64,000 nucleotides of DNA from Eledone cirrhosa (Eukaryota). The stretch is taken from the NCBI GenBank assembly GCA_964016885.1, contig OZ024743.1:124620001-124684000 (forward strand). The letters run 5' to 3'. Positions 1 to 13,418 of the stretch are shown here, one piece after another (position 1 is the first letter of the stretch; each line of letters opens with the position of its first letter). Under the pieces are notes generated by a model. The model did not search any database. It saw only the letters and a program-made list of their open reading frames with translations, and had not been told where the DNA came from. The translations under genes were made by a program, and so were the position numbers.

Positions 1-581
1 ACAATGAGGCCTTTGACACCATCCTCCAGAACATCCCTGTGTTGAAAAAGGACCATAGAATGAACCAAATCCTACGAACACACGATATCATAAAGAGAAA
101 AAGACAATCCAAGTCAATGAAAAACATCCTAACACATGCCAAAGTACTGCCAACCACAACAACGAAACCCACAGTAAAAAAATGCGATAGACCCAACTGT
201 GGCATTTGCATCAACTTAATAGAGGGTTCGGAATTCTATTTCAAAGAAGGACAACGTTTTATAGTAAAACACAATTTCACATGTGCATCGGTAAATCTAA
301 TATATGTATTAACTTGCTCAGGTTATCGAGAACAATACATAGGCCAGACCAAAAACAGCCTCCCCCAACGCATGACTGTCCATAGATCCCAAATTAAAAT
401 ACGGGAATACAGGAAAATACGACTGAGTGAACACATTGATACCTGTGCCGCCCAAAATCATCCCAACTTCAGAATCTTTCCCCTCTACAAATTTAAAGAT
501 AATGCCACCCACACCCAGCGCATCAGCAAGGAATCTTACTTCATTAACAAATACGGACCCCGTCTAAACACTTCTCCCTAA
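1..581 (+). pseudogene. Penelope-like element (Neptune-like) ORF 3' end: Cys linker + GIY-YIG endonuclease, truncated by window edge
   Basis: ORF 39-581 has a CDRPNCGIC linker, NLIYVLTC...QYIGQT (GIY-YIG), RMTVH and a C-terminal E-x-x-FI...P-x-LN. It is closely similar to the reverse complement of 38148-38730. Confidence 0.85.
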
Positions 582-699
582 GACGAACCCACAACATACA
601 CACGTCAACATACATACCTACATCAGCACACATCTCTACCCACATATAAACACAATGACATACGTAAACACACATGCTCTATGGTGCAACACAAACAAA

Positions 700-780
<81 letters not shown>

Positions 781-937
781 ATATATATAGTGAATATATG
801 TATGTGTATATATATATATAGTGAATATCATTTCACACCTTTTATTGTTAAGATTTTTGATGTTCTATTAAGAGAACCGATTTTACTGAAAAAATCGAAT
901 AATGTACACCATTTTACCAGGGGGGAAAAATACTGGT

Positions 938-974
<37 letters not shown>

Positions 975-1161
975 CACACACACATACACGCGCGTACATT
1001 AACATACAAAGAGACTTATACACACACACACACACACACACACACGCGCACTTCTCCGTATAAGACAAAAGCTGAAAAATATCTTTTGACATGCTAATAT
1101 ACCCCCCATTGCTTACAGATACACTCTTACTGACCATCCCTGCTACCACGAATTACTCTGC

Positions 1162-1194
<33 letters not shown>

Positions 1195-1819
1195 TTATCT
1201 TAATAGCCATTTGACACACATCCCTGCTAACCATTATCACAACATCGAACACCTTACTACTACTATACACACACACACACACACTCACACATATTTGTTG
1301 TGAAAGAGTCATTTCTCATTCTTGGCGCAAAACCAATTTTTTATTCACATGACCTCTACCGACCAATCAAAATTGTTTTGACCACAAGAATTTTTGCAAA
1401 CACCAAATAGTGCTGGAGCCACTTTTTTAACATAAAAACAGTCTTGGCGCAAAATCAATTTTTTACATTCACATGATCTCTACCGACCAATCAAAATTGT
1501 TTTGACCACAATAATTTTTGCAACACCAAGTAGCGCTGGAGCCACTTTTTTAACATAAAAACAGGTAGAATTCCTAAAACTAATCAGATCAGAGCAAACA
1601 GCACGGACACTCTGTCTCAAAATTATTTTTGAAAAGCATTTAGAAATGCGCAACCGGTAAAAACTTAAAAACTTAAAACCACAACTGAATACTAACCCAT
1701 AGAATTACTAATACTCTTTTATTCCTAATTAAACCATTTTTCAACTGTGAACAATTTGTCAGCATTTTCTATTCCGTTTACCAATATATAATAACTTGTG
1801 TGTTACACCTCTATTCTTT

Positions 1820-1822
<3 letters not shown>
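582..1822 (+). mobile_element. 3' UTR / pseudo-LTR of the Neptune-like PLE, with an internal ~123 bp tandem duplication (1320-1565) and a degenerate HHR (~1625-1665)
   Basis: Collinear with 36945-38147 (minus) and 39765-40267 (plus). Ends at a (TA)n tract. Confidence 0.75.
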
Positions 1823-1904
<82 letters not shown>

Positions 1905-1932
1905 ATATCAGCACACATCTCTACCCACATAT

Positions 1933-1973
<41 letters not shown>

Positions 1974-2104
1974 ATAAAAACACTTGAGTGCATTAGAGTC
2001 AAACACACTCGCCGCATTAGAGAAATGACAGTACAAGAGATAGCTCAATGTTATCAAACAGAGCCGAAAAAATTATATAAATCAACAAAGAAGCCCTTAA
2101 TACA

Positions 2105-2833
2105 TTAAAAATCTTTATTCGCTGACAGTGTTTTGTCCCAGTAATTAGCACTCTTCAGAGCAAGGAAAAGACAAAAAATATCAACGGCTAGAACAAGCCA
2201 AAATTCAGAAGAATAGAGAAATGGAAAAATAGAAATTTAAATGTTAGATTACAAGACACAACATGCAGGTAATATAAAAGCAGAATAAGAAGGCTAGGTC
2301 TAGGATGTTGCGACATATTAAGATTTCAGGTAACTAAGAAAGGGCACTAATTACTAATGGGTAAAAATTTATAAAAATTTATAAAAATTTATAAAAAATT
2401 TATAAAAAATTTATTAAAAAATTTATAAAAAATTTATTAAAAATTTATAAAAATTTATAAAAATTTATAAAAATTTATAAAAATTTATAAAAATTTATAA
2501 AAATTTATAAAAAATTTATAAAAAAATTTATAAAAAATTTATAAAAAATGTTTATAAATTTATAATAAATTTTTACCCATTAGTAATTAAGTGCCCTTTC
2601 TTAGTTACCTGAAATCTTAATATGTCGCAACATCCTAGACCTAGCCTCCTTATCCTGCTTTTATATTACCTGCATGTTGTGTCTTGTAATCTAACATTTA
2701 AATTTCTATTTTTCCATTTCTCTATTCTTCTGAATTTTGGCTTGTTCTAGTCGTTGATATTTTTTGTCTTTTCCTTGCTCTGAAGAGTCCTAATTACTGG
2801 GACGAAACACTGTCAGCGAATAAAGATTTTTAA
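2105..2833. repeat. Foldback inverted repeat (~260 bp arms) with an (AAAATTTATA)n centre, carrying an HHR
   Basis: 2105-2362 is the reverse complement of 2573-2833. Confidence 0.9.
2775..2820 (+). ncRNA. Type I hammerhead ribozyme
   Basis: TTGCT CTGAAGA GTCC-taattactg-GGAC GAAA CACTG TC AGCGA has an intact core and a GUC site. The mirror copy at 2118-2163 has GAAA>AAAA. Confidence 0.85.
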
Positions 2834-4959
2834 TTGTTGATTTATATAATTTTATATAATTATATATATATATATATAATACGTATGTGTATGTACTTAC
2901 AAATACTTTTGGACATACATATATTTATTAGTGATGGCACTAACAACTTAATACAGAATAAAGATGTATATGAGCCCTTATAATATACATACATTTAGTC
3001 TGTCAATATTTTAAACTGTGATTATATCGAAGCTATCTCAGTGTCTGGCTAAGAGCGATGGTCGCATAAATTTTGCTGCCGTTACAATTCGTCAATACTC
3101 AATTGCTACACCCAGATTCTAAGGTATCAAAGACTTTTATCATCTACAGATTTTGTAAAGAAACTATTTTTGGTTATTTACATTTAGTGGACGTTTTATT
3201 GGATAGAATGAATCAGAGATAGCACTGCACAACGTGATGCATGATAAAGCGTTGGTGAACTCATATAAAATATATTTACATATAATAAGCATAAATTTAA
3301 TTTCATCGTGAACGTTTTAAGCTGTAAACATGTCACGATGTTATCATTAATCTATATATAGCACTACATTAATACACCAGGTTTATTGACAGTGTCACTT
3401 GACAGTGCGCATAATGACAATCGGTGAAATAACACCATTGACAATATCAACTGAACTAAGGACTTCTAATGATTGTATCCCAGGAGTATTCACTTAAATC
3501 ATAATATTGTCTAACAGAGAATCATACTTGGTAGGAGCCAACAAGGAAACCTATATGTGGTCACTTGACTCAAATATCCTCCTGTCATAATAAAAAGAAG
3601 GACACATTAAACAATGTAGTCTTCTAAAAAGATGGATCGGGCATGACTGGAACGCGTTTGTGATTGAACTCAATAACAAATAAAAAGTTGACATTGTCCC
3701 TGACATACAAAAACGGGTGTATTGATCACAAGTCTGCTCAATCAAGTTGCAAACAACAACAGCAGCAGCAGCAGCAGCATTAACTTCAACAACAACACCT
3801 CCACTACAAACAACAACAGCAAATTTATAAGTATACATTAGAAAATAATATGCATAAATGGCGTGAAGTGTTCATGGACAACTGAATAAGAACAATCTTC
3901 CCTCGTGGTTTGAACAAAGAGTTGAAATCGAGATTCCGGGAACATTATTGAAAAGAACAGGCACCTTAAACAGGTTGAAACGCTGTGATTATAACCACAA
4001 CGACAATATGAAGACATTGCTCCGAATAAATCAGTTTATATTTCACAGTATTACTTCACAAGGTATCATCGTTGGGTGGCAAAATGGCTAAACAGTTTGA
4101 GTAAGATTAGAAAGATACATACAAAAAAAAATGTGTATGAATTGAAGAAAGTGGGGAATGAAGTCAAAAGTAAGAGAGAATAAGAAGTTAAATTAGTGTG
4201 CAAAGATAAAGAGGAAAGTAAAATAGAAGGAAAATGGTCAGGTGTGTGAAGGGTGGAGGAAATGGATCGTGTACATAAAGAGATACAAAAAGAAAAGACT
4301 GACACGAGGAGAAAGGAATGTACGAAGAAAGAATGACATAGAGGAAGGAAACCGGAAATAAAGCAGAGAAGAGGAATGAAAGAAAGGAAAGAGGGAAAAG
4401 GAAATGAAATCAATGACAATGTGATAAAGAAAAAATAACGTAAGGCGGGGGAGGAGAAGAATGAGTGAATCATTGATAGAATATTTTATATTTATGTAGT
4501 GAGCCGGTAGTGAACGTCCACACTAACTTTCTATTGAGAAGTTTGTGGGGGATAGCGCCCATTACCCTTTTCAGGGCTTCCATGACAGGTGAAGGAGAGA
4601 GAGAGGAAGTTATCCCCAAACTGGTGTTCTGGCCTGAATGCGTGCAACAGAATGAACTCGATACAGACACCTAAGAGCTAGGTGGTGTTATTTAACCGAC
4701 TGACGGATTAAGTCTGCCATCCAAATAGGCCACAGTGGGGTTCGAACTAAAATCGCAAATACCCAGAACAAATACCCCTAGGCATCCTGTCCAACGCTCT
4801 AACGATTCTGCCACTCCACCACCCAAAATTCTTACTTTATTGACCTCGGAAGGAGGAAAGGCAAAGTTGATCTCTTTGGAATTTAAACTCAGAACATAAG
4901 TAACTGGAATAAATACCACAAGACATTTCGGCTGACGTTAGTGGCAGGTATGAGCAAAA

Positions 4960-5590
4960 CCTTCATCGGAGAAGCCCAGAGCATTGACGAACACCAACTA
5001 TTCTGATGGGCATTCGGCACAAGGATTATGTAACAGCTTCCAGAATTCCCTAGTCTGGTGTACTACCGGTGTTTGAGGAGCACTATTGGTTCAAGTTAAG
5101 CCCTATAGATGCGGGAGTATGTATTGTCATTTGGGTTTGTCTGAGATGCACAGGGTGCGATGAACCGTTCTCCACAAATTGTTCAATGTCCGAGTATTGT
5201 TGAAATATAAAACGGCTGGTATTGCGTGTATGACGGATCTGGCCCTCGATTGGTTACCTTGTAAAGATCAATGCCATCGTCCCCCTTTTGGTAATGTCGG
5301 GCATGACGATTTCCTCTGTCTGGTGGATATAGTAAGAGAGATTGGATAGCGGACACGTTTAAGATTAGAGGAAAGGACTCCGATCAAAATGTTGTCAACT
5401 CCTTTGGAGAGAAAGAGGTGTTGCTCGCCAGCCAATTTAACGAAAGGTGGATGAAAGTGATAAAACTGGTACGTTAAACCGAGCCAGTTGCTAAATACTA
5501 TCTTCATAAAACAGACGGGCGAGTGTGACTGCCCGGAGTGCAAGGTGGGCGTGTCTTGGGGTAACCTAATTCTCAGTAGGTAGCAATTTC
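4960..5590 (-). pseudogene. Highly decayed LINE (CR1/L2-like) RT fragment
   Basis: Only faint residual motifs remain (PQDTP resembling GVPQG, ILPHL), with many stops. Confidence 0.3.
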
Positions 5591-6349
5591 CATCTATTTG
5601 TGAGCACATCTATTTATTTTCTACTGTTTTACGATTTTAACCCTTTAGCATTTACATTACTCTATATTTACTATTGTATTTTCACATAAAAGGCTTTATC
5701 TCACACAATATCGAATCTATACGATTTTGATATTATTTATTTTGAAAACAATACCTTAATATCAGTATGAGCGGCCGATTACAGCCGGTTTGAAAAGAAA
5801 GAAGTGAGAGAATTCTGGCCGGACATGGCCGGTTTAAATGCTAAAAGGTTAAACTGTGATATTTTATATTACGGTATTGCACCTCTCTTGCTTTATTCAA
5901 TATATACACGTTTGTACGTTTGTATCAAACTCCTGTGACCAATAAAAATGTTTTGTATAGTGTACCAGATCAAGTGTACAAGACTGAATTCATGTTCTAA
6001 AAGGTCAATAGATCCTTCATCGTTTTTGACGATGAGCATTTAGTTGTTCGATCAACTGAACATCCTTCTTAATAAATTAACGTGTAACTAATTTATTCCA
6101 TGGCACTTGTACTCTTAATATAATTCTTAGGCATAATCAGTGTGGCTCAATATGATGTAACAATGCTGAATCTTTGAATTCCTTCACATGTTAATTTGTA
6201 AAAGATATTTGCCCGAGATACTATGCAGAGTGATCGAATACGGAACCTCGTGATTACAAACCGAACATCTTAACCACTCAGCCATGACTGTATCCTTACT
6301 TTTTTCTTATTGCTCAGTAGCTAAACAGCTTTCAAATTGTACCCCATTA

Positions 6350-6525
6350 TGAAGCATAGAGTTATGGCCATTTAAGTTCCGAGTTCAACGCCCGCTGAGC
6401 TTAGCTTTGCCTTTCATTCTTACATGGTCGATAAAATAAAGCACCGATCATTCACTGGAGTCGATTTAATCGACTTTCCCCTCCTCCCCCAAATTGCTGG
6501 TCTTATGCCTATTAGTAGAAACAAT
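6350..6525 (+). mobile_element. tRNA-derived SINE with Deu/Nin domain, 5'-truncated
   Basis: GAGTTCAA box and GCCTTTCATTCTTACATGGTCGATAAAATAAAG core, matching the 63609-63797 copy. Confidence 0.75.
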
Positions 6526-7181
6526 TATCTTAGATAAGAAAATGATATATTCCTTAATGTATTCTTAGTCCGAGACATATCGTTAAAAAGATGAAGTAGT
6601 CAAAGCTGGAATGCTTTTGTTTGATTTGCTGGATCAAAGTGAACAGAAGATCAACAACTAACAGCATTATACAGCATTCCACTGTCTATTACAGTGAGCT
6701 GTTCATTAGTAAATATTGAATATTTACAAGTATGTGCACTTGAGTCATAAAATGAACGCAGAGCCAGTAACGGAATGAATACAAAATGCCGTCAAATACT
6801 TTTTACTACGTCAACTTATTGCATCTTTAAAGGAAATAAAAGAGTTACGATGAAAAGAAAGAAAAATGATTTGACAAAACGAATTAAAATAAAATAAGGA
6901 AAAATATAAGGAAAACAACAACACTATAAAGAAGACAGAACAAGACCGTATCAATAAAAGAAATAAGTTAAATTCATTTGCATTTTTTCCATTTCCAGCT
7001 TTTGTTGCTGTTTATTTTTATTGTTTCGATTTGTTAATGTATTTTATGTGTTACTGTTTATTTCCAAATTTCGTAGTGAATCACAAACAGAATAGAGAGT
7101 CAGCAGTGGCCTTCAAGATGTTTGATTAACTTTTGACTACATTCTGAAATTTATACACCGGCATTCATACACACACACACG

Positions 7182-7256
<75 letters not shown>

Positions 7257-7260
<4 letters not shown>

Positions 7261-7372
7261 AGATTCAGGACCCTGACGGCTGAGCTCCGGTCGTTTCGAC
7301 AGCTAGATCCGAACATTTCGGATCTAGCTGTCGAAACGGCCGGAGCTCATCCGTCGTGGTCCTGGATCTTCT
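7257..7372. repeat. Short hairpin foldback element. Related fragments lie at 29190-29235 and 30350-30406.
   Basis: CAGGACCCTGACGGCTGAGCTCCGG...GATCCGAA-catt-TCGGATC...CCGGAGCTCATCCGTCGTGGTCCTG, flanked by (TA)n. Confidence 0.75.
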
Positions 7373-7448
7373 CCTATTACCCACTCTACTACCCCAAGTA
7401 TCAAGTACTCTGGTGTGTTATGGTCCACCTGGTATCTTACCACACCCT

Positions 7449-7499
<51 letters not shown>

Positions 7500-7507
<8 letters not shown>

Positions 7508-8488
7508 TAATATATTTGATAAACACAAATACCAACATATCCGTGTTTGTATTGTAAATGACTAAGTTAGCTAGATTGAAAAATACAAATTATAATAATA
7601 CAGTTTGCCTGTCTCGATTTAAAATAATAAATCAATAAAAACAAAGCATATTGGCAAATGGCCGTGATGCTTGGACAAATTTAAATTTCAAAATTAAACC
7701 TGCTCCGTAGACAGGTTTAAACCTTAAAATCCAAATAAGTTTCGAAAAATGAAAAAGTGAAAAAATACCGCATTTAGATCTCCTCAGCAAGCACCAGAAA
7801 AATTGGTATGTTTCACTTCAAAATATTTAAAAATGTAATACAAGTTAATATATTAATTTATATTAACTTGTATTACACGGCTCAGAAATACTTCTTTCTT
7901 TGAGCTATTTCATTGTAAAGGACTGCCTGAGTTTTTTGAACTCATTATTAATAGTATCACTGCTAACTTTAGCCCCATATAAACGGCTGTTATTTCTAGC
8001 AGCACGAGTATGCGACAGCTAGACACTGGATAACCATGTGTGAAAAATCATGTGCGTTAAACAGTCTTTTTAAATATTTTGAAGTGAAACATACCAATTT
8101 TTCTGGTGCTTGCTGAGGAGATCTAAATGCGGTATTTTTTAACTTTTTCATTTTTCGAAACTTATTTGGATTTTAAGGTTTAAACCTGTCTACGGAGCAG
8201 GTTTGATTTTGAAATTTAAATTTGTCCAAGCACCACGGCCATTTGCCAATATGCTTTGTTTTTATTGATTTATTATTGTAAATCGAGACAGGCAAACTGT
8301 ATTATTATAATTAGTATTTTTCAATCTAGCTAACTTAGTCATTTACAATACAAACACGGATATGTTGGTATTTGTGTTTATCAAATATATTAATTTATAT
8401 TAACTTGCATTACACGGCTCAGAAATACTTCTTTCTGTGAGCTATTTCATTGTAAAGGACTGCCTGAGTTTTGAACTCATTATTAATA

Positions 8489-8491
<3 letters not shown>
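7500..8491. mobile_element. Inverted plus partial-tandem non-coding element (period ~537 bp) with an extended HHR
   Basis: 7500-7832 is the reverse complement of 8070-8400, and 7851-7956 recurs at 8388-8491. Both ends are in (TA)n. Confidence 0.85.
8104..8235 (+). ncRNA. Putative type I hammerhead with a ~90 nt insertion in stem II
   Basis: 9-bp stem I TGGTGCTTG/CAAGCACCA encloses CTGAGGA...GAAA TTTAAATTTG TC. Mirror copy at ~7664-7797. Confidence 0.55.
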
Positions 8492-8560
<69 letters not shown>

Positions 8561-8599
8561 TTTTTCAAGATTTCTTATCTGAAAACGTTTGTTGAAACA

Positions 8600-8952
8600 G
8601 ATATTGTTATACTTTCGGAGGGTCATGTTGTCAATAAAAACACATGACTCTGTTGGTTTTCACTTCAATTTATTAAACATTTCCAGTTTGTTGGTTTAAT
8701 AACCGGATGGTTGTTTATTTATTGACAAAGCTCTTTCATCACACATTTTGTGACCTCCTCAGTGACTAATTTGTTATTTTGTCTCTCCTTTGTTCTGTTC
8801 TACACCATCTTGTTTTTGTTTACACACAAACAATAAATAAACAACCATCCAGTTATTAAACCAACCAACTGGAAATTTGTAATAAATTGTAATGAAAACT
8901 AACAGGTGTTCTGTTTTTATTGGCAGCATGACCCGCCCGAAGTATAATATAT
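8600..8952. mobile_element. Foldback HHR-bearing element, same family as 28403-28935 and 50755-50835
   Basis: Inverted arms 8603-8722 and 8832-8950. Minus-strand HHR-like motif at 8723-8766 (CTGAGGA GGTCACA...TGTGAT GAAA GAGC TT). Confidence 0.7.
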
Positions 8953-9167
8953 ATATAGTATGTTTTGAAACAGTGAGCGAGTTTGAAATTAGAAATATAA
9001 GCCTTCACCGTATTTTTGACTAAAGAAATGTTTAGCCTGATAGTGGGGTTTAGAACTCTCAGAGAAATGGAAAAAGATGAGTATTGACGTACATGGAAGT
9101 CGAACCCACATCATTGTCATTTACTTGCTAAGAATGTAGTTTCTAATTTGAATGCAAGGAGATGGAT

Positions 9168-9238
9168 GATGTGTTGGTGTAATGGTAGCACAGTGGTCTG
9201 GATAACCAAGGATGTGGGTTCGATTCCCATGTACGTCA
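9168..9238 (+). tRNA. tRNA-like cloverleaf (Gln-like scaffold, anticodon reads GGA). Probably a SINE head or pseudogene inside the foldback 8995-9330.
   Basis: Acceptor GATGTGT/GTACGTC, D arm GTGT-AATGGTA-GCAC, anticodon arm GTGGT-CTGGATA-ACCAA, T arm GTGGG-TTCGATT-CCCAT. A and B boxes are intact. Confidence 0.6.
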
Positions 9239-9665
9239 ACACTCATCTTTTTTTCCATTTCTCTGAGGCTTCTAAACCCCACTATCAGGATAAACATTTC
9301 TTTAGTCAAAAATACGGTGAAAGCTTATATATATATATATGTGTGTGTACAGTACACACAATCTCGAACATAATGCATAATGCAACCTCCACATTTTGTA
9401 GCTAATCAGTAATTTCTATATTTAATATGTTATTCTATAATGAGACTTACAAATAAAGCCATAGTTATTTATATTTTTAAAGAAACCTGCGTATTTTCCT
9501 TGTAAGTTTTATTTAAATTTTACACTGTAAAAAATCCATAGTTTTATTATAATGGTGTTATCTGAAAATCTTTTTCTCTACTAGCATATACCAACCATGT
9601 AGCTTGCATGCTTTAAACTATAAACTTTTAAATCAAATAATCACTGTTAAACAATTGTTCTAACA

Positions 9666-10011
9666 CAGTGGTTCCCAAACTTTTCCAAATTTTTTTCTCG
9701 GTGGTCCCCTTACCAATTTTTGAATGCCTTGCGGTCCCCTATCATATCATGGCAGCATTTCCAAAATTTTTCAAAGACAAACTATTATGAAATGCATGAC
9801 AATTCTACTACGATTTAATTTAAGTAGTATCAAAATGCCCAAAAGTAGTATCAAAATACCTAAAGAGATTTATTCAAGAAAAATTGCTTCCTAGATTTAA
9901 AAATTAAATCACAATATACCATGAAAATGTGGCTAAGCCTTCGCGGTCCCCAACCCCCAAATCGCTTCCCGGTCCCCTAGGAGGGCGCGGACCCCAGTTT
10001 GGGAACCACTG
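9666..10011. mobile_element. hAT (Charlie-like) MITE
   Basis: TIRs CAGTGGTTCCCAAACT / AGTTTGGGAACCACTG. Perfect 8-bp TSD TTCTAACA at 9658-9665 and 10012-10019. Confidence 0.9.
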
Positions 10012-10537
10012 TTCTAACAGAATTGATAATTGCCATTGGATGTATATGTTACGCAAACATATTTGTAAGTGTCCCTATTCTTTCTTAATTTAACTGTTGG
10101 AATTCTCTGATTGTTAACTGCCTGTTTGTTCTATACGGGTGATACTTTCCTACGAACGAATCAATATGATGTGCTCCAAAGCGCGTTTCTCACCCATGTG
10201 ACTATATCTTTAGAGCATATATTGAAATACAACAATGGAATGGGGGTGGACATAGTGGGAATAAAAGATATGGAGGTGACTTCTAGGAAGATATAAACAG
10301 TAACAGAGAGAAATACTAATGGAAAGAAAAAGAGAAAAGGAGGAAAAAGAAAGGCTAACAAAAGGAAAAGAAAAGGTAAAAGAAGAGAAAAAAGAAAGAA
10401 ACGAAAATCGGAAGAGTATATCTCTCTATTACTATTTCTATCTTCCCAGAGATTACACCAATTCCTTCTGCTTTTCCCACCCGTACCCCGTGGAATTTTT
10501 CTACTTATAGTGTCTCACTATCCTCTGAAAATTTAGT

Positions 10538-10586
10538 CTTGTCTGATGACCTTGTAAATACACAAGAGAAACTCCAGAGTAACAAG
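10538..10586 (+). ncRNA. Type I hammerhead ribozyme
   Basis: CTTGT CTGATGA C CTTGT-aaatac-ACAAG A GAAA CTC-ca-GAG TA ACAAG. All three stems pair, GUA site. Confidence 0.85.
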
Positions 10587-11673
10587 CCTCAAACATGGCC
10601 TTAATAAATGAAATATTAACCTCTACAATGGTATTGAATACTCATTTAAAATTCCAGATGTGAAACTATTGCTGTGTAAATTAAACTCACTCCGGGTCAC
10701 AAAGCGAAACATTCCATATATAGTTGGAAAACTTCTTGTTGAATAAACGAAGCAAATTACATTTCTATTCCCTTACATTATAATTTTTTTTAAATATCTA
10801 TTAACTTCAAGCATTATTCCTCTAAAATATGTTCCGTTTTAAGCAGGTTCGTAATGTGTATCCGTGGAAATTTTCTTTGCTGTAAAAATGTTTCTCTTTA
10901 CTATATCACGTTTTCAACAAAAATAAATCACTTAGACGCTAATTAGAACTTTTTATATATTCTCTAATTTCTCAGTCATTATATAATAATTTGCTGGAAT
11001 ATTAATAAGATTTACTCTGCTAAATTTCCTAACATGTGTAAATCTCATTGATATTTCCCTCGCACTGTTTTGTTTTAATTTCTTTTCCCGTCACGTTTCT
11101 CCTTCAACCCAAACGCCCTCGAATTTATTGCAATATATTGGTTGTTTTCAAGTACGTTTCAAATACTTTCTTTCAAGACATTGTTTCGTAAAATCTCTGT
11201 CATTTACTTTCTACACAATCACATGCTTCCAAATCAGGATCTAGTATGTGGATTTGATTTATGAGTGTCATGGCATGTCACCAAAATAATTTAAAGGAGA
11301 AACTCCAGCATTCTTTGTTGTAGCATGTAACTGAATGCACACATCTTATCTCTCTTTTTTTTTTTTTGCGAGCTGAGAGGTCTGGTGTATTTTCTATGCT
11401 TCTATGCAGTGATTTGCGTTCCCCGCGAAATAGAATAAATTAATTAGTGAAACAATGAACATATACCTATATGAGTATAGTCGTTTCTAAAATGATATGA
11501 GTAAGCCTTTAGTTTGATTTTTATCTACTTCGAATGGTGAATTTTCGGTTTTTAGAAACCGATTCCTTTTTTATAGGAAAGAATTTACAAAGAATTAATA
11601 GGAAAGAGATATACATACATACTTTTATATATATATTTATACACACACAAACATAAATAATAGAAAAAACGAG

Positions 11674-11722
<49 letters not shown>

Positions 11723-11726
<4 letters not shown>

Positions 11727-11937
11727 GTATAATAAACAATACAATATAATTACCTCATTACCAGAGGTTTCCCGAATAAGACGAATACGAAAAACGTCCT
11801 CATTCGTTCATCGGACAAGGCAATTTAAAACATAAATTGCCTTGTCCGATGAACGAATGAGGACGTTTTTCGTATTCGTCTTATTCGGGAAACCTCTGGT
11901 AATGAGGTAATTATATTGTATTGTTTATTATACATTA
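11723..11937. repeat. Near-perfect foldback carrying an HHR variant (11840-11907, core CCGATGA)
   Basis: Arms are reverse complements around ~11830. CCTTGT CCGATGA...GAAA CC-tct-GG TA ATGAGG. Confidence 0.8.
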
Positions 11938-12011
11938 AATTTAGCTCTGGTACTTACATAGAGCACTCTTCACTCCTATGACTTTTTCAATTTTCAACGG
12001 AAACTTTAATA

Positions 12012-12043
<32 letters not shown>

Positions 12044-12047
<4 letters not shown>

Positions 12048-12105
12048 ATCTGATGAAAGCGCACCATAATCTGCCTTAGTGGCCCTTGAAATATGTATAA
12101 TGAAA
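12044..12105 (+). ncRNA. Type I hammerhead within foldback 12040-12185
   Basis: TTTTAT CTGATGA AAG...CTT GAAA TATGTA TA ATGAAA. Mirror copy at ~12119-12180. Confidence 0.7.
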
Positions 12106-12255
12106 TAAATTATACATATTTCATTATACATATTTCAAGGGCCACCAAGGAAAATTATGGTGTGCTTTCATCAGATAAAATATAATATAGATTAGTTTTA
12201 TAAATAAATATTGACATACCCTGAAAAAATGCAACCTTCACGTTTAGAGTCTCCT

Positions 12256-12289
<34 letters not shown>

Positions 12290-13125
12290 CTAAGTATGTA
12301 TACGTACATACATATATGTATACAGACGTACAGTAGTATGTATATATATACATACATGCACACATATATATATATGTACGTACGGATTTACCGAACATTT
12401 ATTATAATGCTCGGTTTTTTTGTAAACAAACATCCCGAATTAAGCCGTACAGTGTTTAGCAACCATCGTTGCCCTTTTGTTCAACACTGACAAAGGAACG
12501 ATGTACTAGTTTCAAGCTTATTAGCTATCGTCAGCATTATAATAAATGTTCGGTAAAGCCATACGTACATATATATATGTGTGCATGTATGTATATATAT
12601 ATACATACTAATGTACGTCTGTATACATATATGTATGTACGTATACATACTTATATTTAAGTAACAGCCGTACGAAGAGTGAGAAATGAAATTTCGTTTC
12701 ATTTATTTTCCATTTATCGTTTTCGGTGCGCCCGGCCGATTAACTCACTCGATATGCAAATTAGGCTGCTCAGCCGTTAATATGCATAAGGAAAGTATAT
12801 ACTTTCAGACGTTCAATCATCTGGCAGGAAGGTATACGGTGCTGACGATAGCTAATAAGCTTGAAACTAGTACATCGTTCCTTTGTCAGTGTTTTTAACA
12901 AAAAGGCAACGATGGTTGCTAAACACTGTACGGCTTAATTCGGGATGTTTGTTTACAAACAAACCGAGCATTATAATAAATGTTCGGTAAATCCATACGT
13001 ACATATATATATGTGTGCATGTATGTATATATATACATACTACTGTACGTCTGTATCCATATATGTACGTATACATACTTATATTTAAGTAACAGCCGTA
13101 CTAAGAGTGAGAAATGAAATTTCGT
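12290..13125. mobile_element. Retrozyme-like family A: inverted 5' segment plus partial tandem (period ~434 bp)
   Basis: 12290-12536 is inverted relative to 12840-13085, and 12533 recurs at 12967. Same family as 51893-52465 and 61205-62030. Confidence 0.85.
12837..12877 (+). ncRNA. Type I hammerhead (family A)
   Basis: CGGTG CTGACGA T AGCT-aata-AGCT T GAAA CTAG TA CATCG. Confidence 0.85.
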
Positions 13126-13243
13126 TTCATTTTTTCCATTTACACATATATATATATATATAGTGAAAAATTGAACGGGAACAAAACAGAGAGGCAGTAC
13201 GAACAAAGGTTTATTAATTTCACGCTCTTGAGAGTGGGGTGGT

Positions 13244-13292
<49 letters not shown>

Positions 13293-13418
13293 GAATGTAT
13301 GTATAGTATATTTGGCAATATACCGTATGTTTAATTAAAAACATTTTGAAGACCTTATGCTATCATTTTAAAGTAGTGACTATGTCACTTACTTCTTTTC
13401 GGCGAAAGAAGGCAGAGA

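Noticed and set aside
10790-11420. Possible Tc1-like transposase remnant (minus strand)
   Set aside because: The motifs are too degenerate and no TIR pair could be confirmed.
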